Shown: piece by piece, positions 1 through 10,569 of the stretch | How the letters are laid out: every line of letters starts with the position of its first letter | Numbering within the stretch: position 1 is the first letter of the stretch | Assembly: GCA_036677065.1 (NCBI GenBank) | Contig: JAKFBS010000001.1 | Span: 416,001 to 480,000 of the forward strand | DNA from: Bdellovibrio sp. | Lineage (GTDB): Bacteria > Bdellovibrionota > Bdellovibrionia > Bdellovibrionales > Bdellovibrionaceae | DNA: 64,000 bases | Direction of reading: 5' to 3' | The notes under the pieces: model-generated | Seen by the model: the letters and a program-made list of their open reading frames with translations, nothing else | Database searches by the model: none | Told to the model about the DNA's origin: nothing | Made by a program: the position numbers and the translations under genes

Positions 1-634
1 GCTCACCGTGATCTAAACGTGAAATATTTTTTTTAATCTGAGTCGTAATTTCAAGGCCAAAAACTTTTTCAACTGGTTCATTAACCAGAGTTTTTTCAAA
101 CCACTCCATGCTGACTTTATTTGAAAAACTAAATTTCAAATCAGGAGTGATATAGGTCAGTGACGCCGGTATGATATCAGTGATAACTTTAAGTTGTTTT
201 TCATTTTGGCGAAGACGCTGTTCTGCAATGACTTTTTCGTATTGCGATTTTGTCAGCTCTAGAGCGTTTTTAATAGCTGAAGGCAGGCGAACAATTTTGT
301 CTTTAATAACATAATCAACGGCGCCTTTTTTAAGACATTCAACAGCCATTTCATCAGATAATGTTCCAGTAACAATAATCAGCGGCGTAAGTATTTTTTG
401 CTCTTGCAGAATATCTAACGCAGAAAGAGCGCCAAATTGCGGTATTGAATAATCACATAGAATTATATTTGGCTTAAAGTTTTCGAGAGCCTCTAAAAAA
501 GCGGCTCGATTATCAACAGTTACAGACGAATAATTTAGATCAGACTTGCTTAAAGTACGTTGCACTAGCAACTGGTCTAGCTCGTTGTCTTCGGCGATCA
601 AAATTTTAAGACTTTTGTCTTGAACGTCGTCCAT
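1..634 (-). CDS. Receiver + PAS signalling protein (probably hybrid histidine kinase); 5' part only, runs off the window
   Basis: Manual translation from ATG at 634: MDDVQDKSLKILIAEDNELD...IILCDYSIP...IIVTGTLSDEMAVECLKKGAVDYVIKD (REC), then a coiled coil and PAS-like LKVITDIIPASLTYITPDLKFSFSN; absent from the ORF track because no stop lies in the window. Confidence 0.85.
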   Translation of the reverse strand, partial: MDDVQDKSLKILIAEDNELDQLLVQRTLSKSDLNYSSVTVDNRAAFLEALENFKPNIILCDYSIPQFGALSALDILQEQKILTPLIIVTGTLSDEMAVECLKKGAVDYVIKDKIVRLPSAIKNALELTKSQYEKVIAEQRLRQNEKQLKVITDIIPASLTYITPDLKFSFSNKVSMEWFEKTLVNEPVEKVFGLEITTQIKKNISRLDHGE

Positions 635-829
635 ATCCTATGATTATCACGACGATAATAGATCTTAAATACATAACTTAACTAAACATCCGGCGAGGAA
701 AATTTGGACTAGTTGTTTTTTTATTTATACAAAATTAAATTGGATTCGGTGCTTTTTTTGTTGCATAAGAAAATTCGGGTTTTATAGCACGACTGAAGTC
801 CAATTTCGGTACATTTTACCTCTGAAAAA

Positions 830-837
830 GCCGATAA
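830..837 (+). promoter_or_regulatory. Putative sigma28/FliA -10 box
   Basis: GCCGATAA, with 7 nt between it and the GTG start at 845; -35 box weak. Confidence 0.55.
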
Positions 838-844
838 CGTATTT

Positions 845-3067
845 GTGAAAAACACCAATGCAGATCGTAAGTGGATCATTCTAATTGGCATTCTGCTCAT
901 AGCAGAAGTGCTATGGCTATTAGTTGATTTGCAGTGGATTAATGTTCCGTTTTTTTCAAAAAAATCATACACTTCAAATGCTGTTGATGCGGGATATATT
1001 ATCTCGAGTAAAAAAGATTTAAAACGCCGCGGGGCAAATAGTCTCATCTGGGAAGACACCCAGCCTAAAGATACACTTTTTTATCATGATTCGGTTTTAA
1101 CGCTTTCACAGAGTTCGGCTAAACTTTATTTAAAAGATCAGACTGATCTGGAACTTTCAGAAAATACTTTAGTTACCCTTGAAGAACCAGAAGACAAAAC
1201 TAAATCTGAAATTCGCTTACGCTTTTCGCGCGGTGATTTGCGCGCGCGCAATCCATCATTTAAAACAAGCGTTATCGGCGAAGACTGGGTCATCAACTTA
1301 GATAAAGGCTCAGACATTGTATTGCGTAAAGACCAAGGTTCATACGAGTTTGAAGTTGTTTCAGGCACGGCCACTCTGCAGACAAAAGATGGCGAAGAAA
1401 ATTTAACCGAAGATAAAATTTTAAAATTAAATGATGATCACAAAGTTGAAAAAGTTGAAAAAAGTACCGATCTTCAGTGGAAAGAAAAAAAGCCAGTTAG
1501 AATTTACACGTTAGATGATAATGCAAATATTCCGCTCGAGTGGACAGGTGATGCCAAAGATCTTGTTATCAACAAAGCGGGCAGTGAAGAAGAAAGTCAA
1601 AATTTAGAAAAACAAAAGCAAACATCATCGGTAAAACTTGCGCATGGCAGTTATAAAATCAGACTTAAAAATGCGTCTGGCATATCAGAAGCAAAGACTG
1701 TTGAAGTTTGGAAAGCTCCACGCATCTATTTAAAAAAGCCTTTACCGCGTGATCGCTTAAAAACTAATGAGCCTTACGAATTTATTTGGACCACTGAAAA
1801 AGGTGTTAAAACATACCGCGTTCAGTTTTCTTCTAATCAATCACCATTGAAACAAGAAAAAGCCGACCAAAATTACACGACCATAAAGTTTGATCAAGAA
1901 CAGGATTTAAAGTGGCAAGTGCAAGGCGAAGATGAAGAGGGCTTTGTTATTCCGCCGCTATATAATAATGAAATTTACTTGCGTGATGAACCCCTGGCCG
2001 CCCCTAAGCTTAAAGTTCCGGATGTAAAAAAAGGCGCATATTATCAACCGAAGTGGCATTGGTTGTATGCAGCTATTTTTCAACAAGCGCAGGCAAAAGT
2101 TGATAATTATGAAATTGATTTCGCCTGGGAGCCCGTTGCCGGAGCCGATCAGTATATTTTAGAAGTTTCAGCAACTCCGGATTTTCGAGAGCCTGAATTA
2201 ATTAAAACATTATCAAGCACCACCTATGTGTGGAAAAAAGTAAAGTTTAAAAAGTATTACTGGCGCGTGGCTGCAGGAAGCGCCAAAGGCCGCATGGGAT
2301 TATTTTCTGAACCGATGGAATTACAATTAGACGAAATTAAAATTGTTAACGTTCCAGCGCCAGAGCCGCCAGCCGAAGTCAAAGTAGAAACTGAGCCAGT
2401 GATTGAACCAGTTGTTAGTGAAGAAAAAAAATCTTTTTCGATTGAATTACCAGAAATTCCGTCGGGGTGGGGAATTGCGTTAGCGCCAAGTTATAAGTAT
2501 TCAAAAACCGCTGGTGAAAAAGAAACTCGTATCGACTTACAAGGTATGGTACCTTTTGGTGTCCAGTTAAGCTTTAAAACCGGCTGGATTAACAATCATA
2601 ATTATCATTTTAATTTTTGGACCAGCAATCAAACATGGAAACCGATGCCTGAAGTTGAATTTCCGTTTCAGGATAATTTAAAAGTTCGAGAATCGATATT
2701 AACATTTGATCGCGGAACTTTAAATAAGCAAAATCGTCTGGGTCTGATTTTACATGAAAATTTTATTGCGAAAAGAAAGACCGAAGAATCAATAACGATT
2801 CAATCAGAAGTTTTATTCGGAATTCGCACTTCGCGGTTATTTAATCCTAACGAAAACTGGCAAAATACAGCTGGTCTTGCGCTTTTAACATCCGGAAAAG
2901 TTCATGAATTGATGTTTGATATTCAAAGTAAAAGATACTTATCAAATAAAGACAGTAAATACAGATGGTCTGTAGGTATGGGTGCAAATGCTGTACACCA
3001 AAAACACACCGATGGTGGCGGCTTGCAAAGCGATCTTATTTTTTTACTGGGACTTGAACAGTTTTAG
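845..3067 (+). CDS. Membrane-anchored FecR-like/FN3-like protein with probable C-terminal beta-barrel
   Basis: N-terminal TM; FecR-like TLSQSSAKLYLKDQTDLELSENTLV; FN3-like WEPVAGADQYILEVS...YYWRVAA; alternating beta-strand pattern ending in Phe. Confidence 0.7.
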   Translation: MKNTNADRKWIILIGILLIAEVLWLLVDLQWINVPFFSKKSYTSNAVDAGYIISSKKDLKRRGANSLIWEDTQPKDTLFYHDSVLTLSQSSAKLYLKDQTDLELSENTLVTLEEPEDKTKSEIRLRFSRGDLRARNPSFKTSVIGEDWVINLDKGSDIVLRKDQGSYEFEVVSGTATLQTKDGEENLTEDKILKLNDDHKVEKVEKSTDLQWKEKKPVRIYTLDDNANIPLEWTGDAKDLVINKAGSEEESQNLEKQKQTSSVKLAHGSYKIRLKNASGISEAKTVEVWKAPRIYLKKPLPRDRLKTNEPYEFIWTTEKGVKTYRVQFSSNQSPLKQEKADQNYTTIKFDQEQDLKWQVQGEDEEGFVIPPLYNNEIYLRDEPLAAPKLKVPDVKKGAYYQPKWHWLYAAIFQQAQAKVDNYEIDFAWEPVAGADQYILEVSATPDFREPELIKTLSSTTYVWKKVKFKKYYWRVAAGSAKGRMGLFSEPMELQLDEIKIVNVPAPEPPAEVKVETEPVIEPVVSEEKKSFSIELPEIPSGWGIALAPSYKYSKTAGEKETRIDLQGMVPFGVQLSFKTGWINNHNYHFNFWTSNQTWKPMPEVEFPFQDNLKVRESILTFDRGTLNKQNRLGLILHENFIAKRKTEESITIQSEVLFGIRTSRLFNPNENWQNTAGLALLTSGKVHELMFDIQSKRYLSNKDSKYRWSVGMGANAVHQKHTDGGGLQSDLIFLLGLEQF

Positions 3068-4613
3068 GCTTTCGTAATCGCCAGGCTTGTATTAAAGGAA
3101 TCAATAATAAAATAGAAATAAGCCATTGCATATTTTGCGGTGGAATATTTTTAACTAAACCGCAACCGCCGCTTTTAAATTCAAAATTTTCTCTTAAACC
3201 AGGATCAAAATTAATATACACATCATCGACTATTGTTGGATTGGCATCATCTGAATTAGTCACATTAACGCGGTATCTGACGTAACGTTTTTTAGCGATT
3301 GTTGAAATCGCCGCTGAATTTATCCAGCCCGAATCATCACTGATAAAATCATCATCGCTGCCTGCAACCTCGAAAGTAATATCAGAACTTGCAGGATTTG
3401 CTGTGATTGAAGTGTAAGTCGCAAGAGTTGATTCAGTGTCATAACTTTTACTGACGGCAACTTGAGTTGTACCTGAAACAAAACCGACAATGCCATCTAG
3501 TAAAAGTGTGCTGCCTTGGGCTTCGCCAACGCTACCGGTAAAGTTACCATTACCAGCCATATCCCAAATGCGGCCGTCAGTGGCATCGCCGCCATCGCCC
3601 GGAAAAGGAACATTAGGCTCGCCACCGATTCCAGCATAGGTGGTAATTATATTTCCAGAAACGCAGTGAATATTTGTCGGAGTAAAAATACTAATATTGC
3701 CACCAGCACCGCCGCCGCCGCCACCGCCAGAATCGGCTGCGCCACCATTTCCACCATTTGCCATAACTGCGCCAGTTAAAGAAATAGTCACATTACCTAC
3801 GGCGCGAATAATGACTGTGCCACCACCAGCGCCACCGCCACCACCACCTTGAGTTGATGATCCTGATCCACCGCCACCGCCGCCACTGCCAGAAAGAATA
3901 TCAAAATTATGATCAAGCCCAGCTTTTCGCAATCCCGCTGATCCGCCGGTGTTACCACCAGCCGATACACCTGGCGAGCCATCGTTATTTGTGTAACCAG
4001 CACCACCACCGCCACCAGCACCACTCACAGCACCAGTGAATATTCCACCGCCACCGCCTATAGAAGTTCCGGCTAGTGATAAACCACTGGTTCCAGAAGT
4101 AGCAGCACCGCCGCCATTACCGCCAGCAAAACCTGCGCAGCGACCGATACCACCAGCACCACCAGTAGCGCCCACGGCAGGAGATCCATCTTCACCAGAA
4201 CATTCAATCACACCATTAATATCAACAGTCGATAAACTGTGAATAATAAGCGGGCCATTGATACTTGATAAGGTGTAAGCAGAGTCTAAATTGAAACGAG
4301 TTACTTTTAGAATTGGAAATTGATTGGCATCAATGGTGATGTGATTACCAACGATGGTGCCAAATTGTGAATATGTTGAAAGTTCAAAAGGCCCATGGCT
4401 GCCATCGCTGACCGAAAAAGTAGTTTGGCTGGCAACGGCTTGTGTTGAATTTCTGTAATTATATATTTGTAAGCTAGGGTGTAAATAACCTAATTCGAAG
4501 TTCCACACTAAAGTAGAACTCACTAACTGAGTTGTGGTATCAAAAGTTTCAGTGAAAACTCGGGCGTTGGCAGTCAAAGACGTTAATAAGATAAGCCAAC
4601 CCAGCAGTTTCAT
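3036..4613 (-). CDS. Secreted glycine-rich surface protein with C-terminal GGC-TM-basic sorting tail
   Basis: Signal peptide (…LTANA), repeated GGGGGG/GxGG tracts, tail SGGCG…WLISILLLIPLIQAWRLRK. Confidence 0.75.
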   Translation of the reverse strand: MKLLGWLILLTSLTANARVFTETFDTTTQLVSSTLVWNFELGYLHPSLQIYNYRNSTQAVASQTTFSVSDGSHGPFELSTYSQFGTIVGNHITIDANQFPILKVTRFNLDSAYTLSSINGPLIIHSLSTVDINGVIECSGEDGSPAVGATGGAGGIGRCAGFAGGNGGGAATSGTSGLSLAGTSIGGGGGIFTGAVSGAGGGGGAGYTNNDGSPGVSAGGNTGGSAGLRKAGLDHNFDILSGSGGGGGGSGSSTQGGGGGGAGGGTVIIRAVGNVTISLTGAVMANGGNGGAADSGGGGGGGAGGNISIFTPTNIHCVSGNIITTYAGIGGEPNVPFPGDGGDATDGRIWDMAGNGNFTGSVGEAQGSTLLLDGIVGFVSGTTQVAVSKSYDTESTLATYTSITANPASSDITFEVAGSDDDFISDDSGWINSAAISTIAKKRYVRYRVNVTNSDDANPTIVDDVYINFDPGLRENFEFKSGGCGLVKNIPPQNMQWLISILLLIPLIQAWRLRKPKTVQVPVKK

Positions 4614-4618
4614 TTATT

Positions 4619-5044
4619 TTATCCGGCCTTAGTCGTTTCATCAGTTATTTTCAAAGCCTGAAAAACTTTTTCGCGCAGAATATCTGAACGAAAAGGCTTA
4701 ATAATATAACTATCAATCGCATGCAGTTTTGCATTTGTAATTTTCAAACGCTCTTGTGATTGCTGGCTGGTTATCATAATGAATGGCGTTGAATAGCGCA
4801 AATTATGCGCGCGCACCGCTTTAAGTAATGCTAAACCATTGGTTCGTGGCATTTCCCAGTCAGAAATAATTAAATCAATGCGCTGAATGGTATCCAGCAC
4901 GTATCTGTACGCTTCGGCTCCATCACGAGCTTCAATAAAAGTTCTAAAACCATACATGGTTAAATAATCTCTTACGATTCCTCGCACACCATCATCATCA
5001 TCAACGATCATGATAGTCATGCGACTGATGTTGATCTTATTCAT
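4619..5044 (-). CDS. Single-domain CheY-like response regulator
   Basis: IVDDD, DLIISDWEMP, MITS, YIIKPF. Confidence 0.9.
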   Translation of the reverse strand: MNKINISRMTIMIVDDDDGVRGIVRDYLTMYGFRTFIEARDGAEAYRYVLDTIQRIDLIISDWEMPRTNGLALLKAVRAHNLRYSTPFIMITSQQSQERLKITNAKLHAIDSYIIKPFRSDILREKVFQALKITDETTKAG

Positions 5045-6353
5045 GAGCTCCCTCTTGTTTAATAGGAATTTTAATTGTTACCTCAACACCTTTTGAAGGG
5101 TGATTTGACAATGAAAATTCTCCTAAATGTTCGGCTTCAATGATTTCTTTGCAAATAGGTAAGCCAAGGCCCGTGCCTTTGTTGCCTTTTGTCGTATAAA
5201 AAGGATTCATTACATAGGGTAATACATCTTTTGGGATTCCAGGGCCATGATCACGGATTTTGATTTCAACCCACGAATCTGGAATTTGACCTTCTGGACT
5301 GGCACATTTTGCTACCGAGATATCGATTTGCCCTGACGGAGACATAACGTGAGCCGCATTCGTAAATAAATTAATAAACACCTGTACCAATGAGTGGTGA
5401 TTCGCATCAACTTCACATTGGTGGTATTTGATTTTTGTAACTTTAATATTACGTTTATTAAAATCATGCGCCATTAATTCTAAGGCTTCATCGACACTGG
5501 AATTTAATTTAATAGGAATTAATCCAGGCACTGATTCAACGTTATTCATTTTTTTGAATTTCGATAAAACGTTTGAAGCGGTTTCACCAGCTTTTAAAAT
5601 TGTTGAAAGTGCTGTGCGCATTTGCGCTAAATCACCTTTCATTAAAGCGATTTCTGCATGACCTACGATATGCATTAATAAGTTTCCGAATTCATGAGCC
5701 ACACTGCGGCCTACAGCAGCTACCGTGCTATTGCGCTCATTGACGCGTAATAACTGTGAAGCTTCTGATAATTGTTCTTCTTGTAATTTCTTTTGTTCTT
5801 TTAAATTCCATAGTGAAACGGCATTGCGGGCTTTTTGTAAAATAGCGCCATCAGTAAATGGTTTATTCATGTAATCCCAACGATCAGATTTGTTAGGTCC
5901 TAAAATTGTATTGATCGAATCTACGGTACGGTCATGGTAAGCGGTTACAAACACAGCGTGAATTTTGGGGTCCATTAAATGAATTTGGCGAACTAATTCG
6001 ATACCATCAATTTCACTTCCTAATAAAACGTCAAAAAATCCCATCGCAAATGGCTTACCATTTAGAATTGATGACTTAATATGATGGAGTGCTTCGGTCG
6101 GATTTTTTGCCCAAACAACCTCAAATTGATCTTTTTGCGCTTCGCTAGGAGTGCCCGCAGTTTTACTTGGCGCCGCTGATCGGCTGGAGCGATTGATCGG
6201 TACCACTGAAGATGGAGCTGGCGAGATAATGGCTTTGATGCCCTCTGCAATGGCTGGTTCGTCTTCGACGATAAGCACGCGCCAATTGTATTCGTAGTCT
6301 TTTTTAGCTTGTGGCAGATCTAAAACATTTAGTTTTTTTGCAGTTTGACTCAT
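5037..6353 (-). CDS. Hybrid receiver-histidine kinase (REC-HisKA-HATPase)
   Basis: LIVEDE…FFDVLLG…YMNKPF; H-box VAHEFGNLL; N-box QVFINLFTNA; DHGPG, PFYTTK, GTGLGL. Confidence 0.9.
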   Translation of the reverse strand: MSQTAKKLNVLDLPQAKKDYEYNWRVLIVEDEPAIAEGIKAIISPAPSSVVPINRSSRSAAPSKTAGTPSEAQKDQFEVVWAKNPTEALHHIKSSILNGKPFAMGFFDVLLGSEIDGIELVRQIHLMDPKIHAVFVTAYHDRTVDSINTILGPNKSDRWDYMNKPFTDGAILQKARNAVSLWNLKEQKKLQEEQLSEASQLLRVNERNSTVAAVGRSVAHEFGNLLMHIVGHAEIALMKGDLAQMRTALSTILKAGETASNVLSKFKKMNNVESVPGLIPIKLNSSVDEALELMAHDFNKRNIKVTKIKYHQCEVDANHHSLVQVFINLFTNAAHVMSPSGQIDISVAKCASPEGQIPDSWVEIKIRDHGPGIPKDVLPYVMNPFYTTKGNKGTGLGLPICKEIIEAEHLGEFSLSNHPSKGVEVTIKIPIKQEGAHE

Positions 6354-8428
6354 GCGGCACCTTCTTCTTGTTTTTGTAACTTAATTGGTAAAATAATTTT
6401 AAAAGTTGTTTCTTTAAATGGGGTTGAGGCAACAAATTCAATATCGCCCCCGTGCGCGCGGATAAAACGGCGGCTAATGCCTAAGCCTAAGCCTGTGCCT
6501 TCATCTGCGGATTTAGTTGTAAACTGTTTTTGAAATAACAGCGCCTGATGTTCATCAGAGATACCGCTGCCGTTGTCGCTCATTAATATAATGACATTTT
6601 CATCAGTAATTTCAGTTGAAAGTTTTAGTTGGTATTTTTGCTGTTTATCTAACATTGCCTGCAGTGAATTGCGCATTAAATTGGTCATCGCCTGAATAAA
6701 TTCATCACGATCCAGCGAAACTTCGTCATCACCTGATGCATATGTTTCTACAACATCGATATTTTGCTGCATAAATAGATCAGCCATAATGTTTTTACAG
6801 TCGATCAGAAGTTTTTTTGCAGAATAAGTTTTAATATCAGAATTTAAACGGCTTAATTTTCTCATGCCGTCGACGATCTTTCCGATGCGGCGGCTTTCAT
6901 TAATTAAAAACTGAATATCGGAATCGATAGTTTGGGTTAATTCGCCAAATGAAGCTTGTACTGAATCTAAATTATGCATGTCTTCTTGCCATAAACTCCA
7001 AGTCTGATCGACTTGCGAGGGTTGTTGCCAGGCGGCTATTAAGGCTTCAAAACCACCACTATTGTGGTCGTTTTTCCAACTGGCAAAAATGTCTTTCATT
7101 AAATTTAATTGCGGTTCAACCTGATTTTTCACACGTTTTTCCACACCACTTAAACGGGCTAAAATTCCAGTTAGCGGATTTAAAACGTCATGCGCGGCAC
7201 GACCGGCAATTTCACCGGCAGACGCCAGGCGAGTAGTTTTGAGTAAGGCCTCTTGAGCCTCTTTGACGGCCTGATTTTGGATCTCTAATTGATGAGTACG
7301 GTCTTTTACTTTTTGATCTAATTCGCGATTGATTTCTTGTAACTCATCACGCGATTGTTTTAATTCAGTGATCATCTGATTAAACGAGGTAGCTAACATG
7401 CGTGTTTCATCTGTGGTATTTACTTTAATTTGCGTCGATAAATCGCCGGTAGCTACTTTTTCCATTCCGCGAACTAAAATTGAAATGGGCTCTGTTAACG
7501 AACGTGATAATAAAAATGCGAATAATAGTGATAACGTAATTACAATCAGGGCAAATGATAATGAGCGCGAAACTAATTCATAAACTGCAGAAAAGGCGTG
7601 GTCTTTAGAAACCTTTGAAAGAATAATGATTTGCCCTTGGTAAGTTTTCGCAAAAGCTCCTAAAAATTCTTTACCGTCATCTTTAGTTGCGGCCACGCTT
7701 AAATTAACTTTTGCTTCTTTGGCTTTTTGAAACAACGCCGTGTGGTTTAAACTTTTGGCTTGTTTCATCCAGTCAAAATTTGAATGTAATAAAATTTTAC
7801 CTTCGTGATCGATGACTGAAACTTCACTTAGTTTTACAACGTTTAAAATTTTTAAAATTTTATCGGCCTGAATGTAACCAACAACAGCTAAGTGATCAGT
7901 GGGAATGCCTTTGCTGTTTTCAATAACAACGTTACGGCCGTAACCAATAAGCGGAGTTCCGCCTTCGATAGACGCATTCCAAAAATATTCGCCATTTTTC
8001 AAAATTTCTGTAAATGGTATTGGGCGTGCAGCTAAAACCGTTTTATCAAAAAAATCAGCATCTAAGCCATACGTTTCAGCATACTTTTTATCACTGTAAC
8101 TTTTGATCGCTAAACTTTGTTCTTGGCGATATAGCGAAGCAAATACCACAGACGAATTTTCGCCAAAAACTTGTTCTGCATAATTTTTTGTCGTTGAATT
8201 AGTTGATAACGTTGCGAATAGACGAAATTTATCTGACACACCTTTAAATTCAGTTTCGATCTCTGCCGCTAAATTCGAAACCATGCTGCGATTTAGATCA
8301 AACACGAGTTCAGTTTTATCGGTCTTGAAAACTTCTACGGCGATTAATAAATATACGACAAGGCAAGTCACAAGCAACGCGCTCATAACACCTAAGAATT
8401 TAAATCGTATTGAAAAAAAGCCCTTCAT
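6350..8428 (-). CDS. Membrane sensor histidine kinase (periplasmic Cache-like, HAMP, HisKA, HATPase)
   Basis: Two TMs, HAMP (TEPISIL…GDL…DETRMLATSFNQM), AAHDVLNPL, DNGSG, FTTK, GTGLGL; start placed at ATG 8428 behind GGAG rather than 8449. Confidence 0.9.
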   Translation of the reverse strand: MKGFFSIRFKFLGVMSALLVTCLVVYLLIAVEVFKTDKTELVFDLNRSMVSNLAAEIETEFKGVSDKFRLFATLSTNSTTKNYAEQVFGENSSVVFASLYRQEQSLAIKSYSDKKYAETYGLDADFFDKTVLAARPIPFTEILKNGEYFWNASIEGGTPLIGYGRNVVIENSKGIPTDHLAVVGYIQADKILKILNVVKLSEVSVIDHEGKILLHSNFDWMKQAKSLNHTALFQKAKEAKVNLSVAATKDDGKEFLGAFAKTYQGQIIILSKVSKDHAFSAVYELVSRSLSFALIVITLSLLFAFLLSRSLTEPISILVRGMEKVATGDLSTQIKVNTTDETRMLATSFNQMITELKQSRDELQEINRELDQKVKDRTHQLEIQNQAVKEAQEALLKTTRLASAGEIAGRAAHDVLNPLTGILARLSGVEKRVKNQVEPQLNLMKDIFASWKNDHNSGGFEALIAAWQQPSQVDQTWSLWQEDMHNLDSVQASFGELTQTIDSDIQFLINESRRIGKIVDGMRKLSRLNSDIKTYSAKKLLIDCKNIMADLFMQQNIDVVETYASGDDEVSLDRDEFIQAMTNLMRNSLQAMLDKQQKYQLKLSTEITDENVIILMSDNGSGISDEHQALLFQKQFTTKSADEGTGLGLGISRRFIRAHGGDIEFVASTPFKETTFKIILPIKLQKQEEGAA

Positions 8429-8452
8429 TTTTACTCCGTAAAAGACCATTAC

Positions 8453-8482
8453 TTATCGGCCAAGCTAATGTATTTACTTAGA
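8453..8482 (-). promoter_or_regulatory. Putative sigma28/FliA promoter of the kinase-kinase-CheY-surface protein operon
   Basis: Minus strand TCTAAG-N16-GCCGATAA. Confidence 0.6.
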
Positions 8483-8522
8483 AAAAATGCGAACTTTCGA
8501 ATTTTACGAGAGTGAAACTAGA

Positions 8523-9689
8523 CTAGCGTGGAGTTTTGAAAGCACTTTCGTCGCTGATCGCACTTTGGCCACCAGGTGTCGTCGATAAGGCTTTAACGCC
8601 ATAAAGCGTATTAGGTGCTAATCCAGTGATCGTCATCGAATGAGTCTGGACCAAGGTCGCATCGACTGCGGTCGTTCCTGATACACCGGTGCCGATGTTT
8701 TTATACCAGCTTTGGCTAGTTGACGGAATATTCGTGGTCCAGTTCAATGTCGCGCGATCACGTAAAACGTTAGAAATTGTAAAACTTGTGATCGCTAGAG
8801 GTTCTTCGTCGGCCACACAAGGATTAACTTCTTCGTTAGGAAAATTGTAATTCGTATTTCCTAAAACTTTCCAATCACGCGAGAGTAATTCATAAAAAGG
8901 AGCTTTAGCTTCAACTGGATCTTTTGTTGAATCAAAAAATAAACTATTTCCAGAGCTTCCGCAGTAGGGATCATTAACAGCATTCGTATTACTTACGCCA
9001 TCGGGCCACGGGCGCCACATACTCACTAAAGAAATATGATATCTCGGGCCTTGATAATATTGCATGATCATCGGAATTTTTGTGTTGTGATCTAAATACA
9101 CAGGCTCAGTTGCGCAAGCCATTTTCGTTGCATGAGTTCCATCATTGTTAACGATCGTTTTATAACCACCATTGCCATCCGGAATTTTTAACAGCGCACC
9201 ATCATCGGCAAGTACGGCCAGTTGGTAATAGCCAGCAGGCTCTTCCGGAGATAATTGTAATTGCGATTCGATATGCATACCAAAGTATTCATATAAAGTA
9301 TTACCATTGGTATTGGTGACTAAAGTTCCTGATTGTGTGTAAAACCCGCGATCAAATGGGCGGGTCGGAATATACAAACGATCTAAATAAATATTAGCTT
9401 CAGCAATGTGAGCATTGGCCATGAAATCCGCGATATTGTTATAGCGGGGTTGATCATCAGATAAAAATAATAAATTACCAATTAACCCACGATCGCGTGC
9501 TTGTGGTGAATTTGTTTTAAAAGGGTCGCAGACAGTGCGTTCTGGATCAGACTGTGGAGTTGCATCAGGTTCTGAAACAACAGTACTGCCACTTTCTGTT
9601 CCAGTTCCAGACTCAGTTAAACATCCAGAAATAAAAAAGGTTGATAGTATGATCGATAAAATTGCTGTTAAACCGCGTAACGTACCCAT
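8523..9689 (-). CDS. Lipoprotein with PA14-like and FN3 domains
   Basis: Lipobox ISGC; PA14 hallmarks YQLAVLADDGA, NDGTH, YYQGP; C-terminal FN3 (LNWTTN…GLAPNTLY). Confidence 0.75.
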   Translation of the reverse strand: MGTLRGLTAILSIILSTFFISGCLTESGTGTESGSTVVSEPDATPQSDPERTVCDPFKTNSPQARDRGLIGNLLFLSDDQPRYNNIADFMANAHIAEANIYLDRLYIPTRPFDRGFYTQSGTLVTNTNGNTLYEYFGMHIESQLQLSPEEPAGYYQLAVLADDGALLKIPDGNGGYKTIVNNDGTHATKMACATEPVYLDHNTKIPMIMQYYQGPRYHISLVSMWRPWPDGVSNTNAVNDPYCGSSGNSLFFDSTKDPVEAKAPFYELLSRDWKVLGNTNYNFPNEEVNPCVADEEPLAITSFTISNVLRDRATLNWTTNIPSTSQSWYKNIGTGVSGTTAVDATLVQTHSMTITGLAPNTLYGVKALSTTPGGQSAISDESAFKTPR

Positions 9690-9822
9690 GCGATAATCTT
9701 AACAAAGGTGTAGAACTTGTGTGTAAAAATGCACGCCTTTCTCAACTTAGAACAAGGGGGTGTTTCAAACCTAGAAATCCAGACCTGACATTGTCTGATT
9801 TTAGCATACAATAAGATTCATC

Positions 9823-10569
9823 ATGAGAAAAGTTCTCGTCTTCCAGCATGTCGCCAATGAAATTTTAGGAACACTAAATCCTGCTTTGAAACAGCAGGGA
9901 TTAAATATTCGCTATGTTAATTTTGAACGTGATCCAAATGCAGCTCCCTCGGTCGAAAAATATAATGGCCTTATTGTTTTGGGAGGGCACATGGGAGTCT
10001 ATGAAGCAGACCAATACACCCATATCAAAACTGAAATAAAACTGATCGAGCAGGCGTTGAAAAAAAATATTCCAATTTTAGGAATATGTTTAGGCGCACA
10101 AATTTTAGCGCATGTCTTAGGTTCAGAAGTTCGTAAAAGCCCAGAAAAAGAAATGGGCTGGTATGATATCGAACTAACGACTGCGGGCGAAAACTCCCGG
10201 CTGTTATCGCATTTTAAAAAAACTGAAAAAATATTTCAGATGCACGGCGATACTTTTGATATTCCTAAATCTTGTGAACATTTGGCGGTATCAAAAATTT
10301 GCCCAGCGCAGGCTTTTAGTTACGGCACTAAGGTGTTTGGATTGCAATTTCATTTAGAAGTCGATGAAGCGATGATTTTGCGGTGGTTAAATAACCCGAA
10401 GAATCAGCAAGATATTTTACAATCCCAAGGAAAAGTGTCAGAAGCACAAATGCGTGCTGACACGGCTGTGTATTTGCAAAATTCGTTAAATTTAAGCCAG
10501 CAGACTTTCAATAAGTTTATTGAGTTATTTGCTCTGAAAGAGCGTCCCATCATTCTTAAATCAAAATAA
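9823..10569 (+). CDS. Class I glutamine amidotransferase-like protein
   Basis: LGICLGAQ, HGDTF, GLQFHLE. Confidence 0.9.
   Translation: MRKVLVFQHVANEILGTLNPALKQQGLNIRYVNFERDPNAAPSVEKYNGLIVLGGHMGVYEADQYTHIKTEIKLIEQALKKNIPILGICLGAQILAHVLGSEVRKSPEKEMGWYDIELTTAGENSRLLSHFKKTEKIFQMHGDTFDIPKSCEHLAVSKICPAQAFSYGTKVFGLQFHLEVDEAMILRWLNNPKNQQDILQSQGKVSEAQMRADTAVYLQNSLNLSQQTFNKFIELFALKERPIILKSK

Noticed and set aside
3516..4242. Pro-, His- and Val-rich short ORFs over the glycine-rich gene
   Set aside because: Shadow frames produced by GGN codon runs
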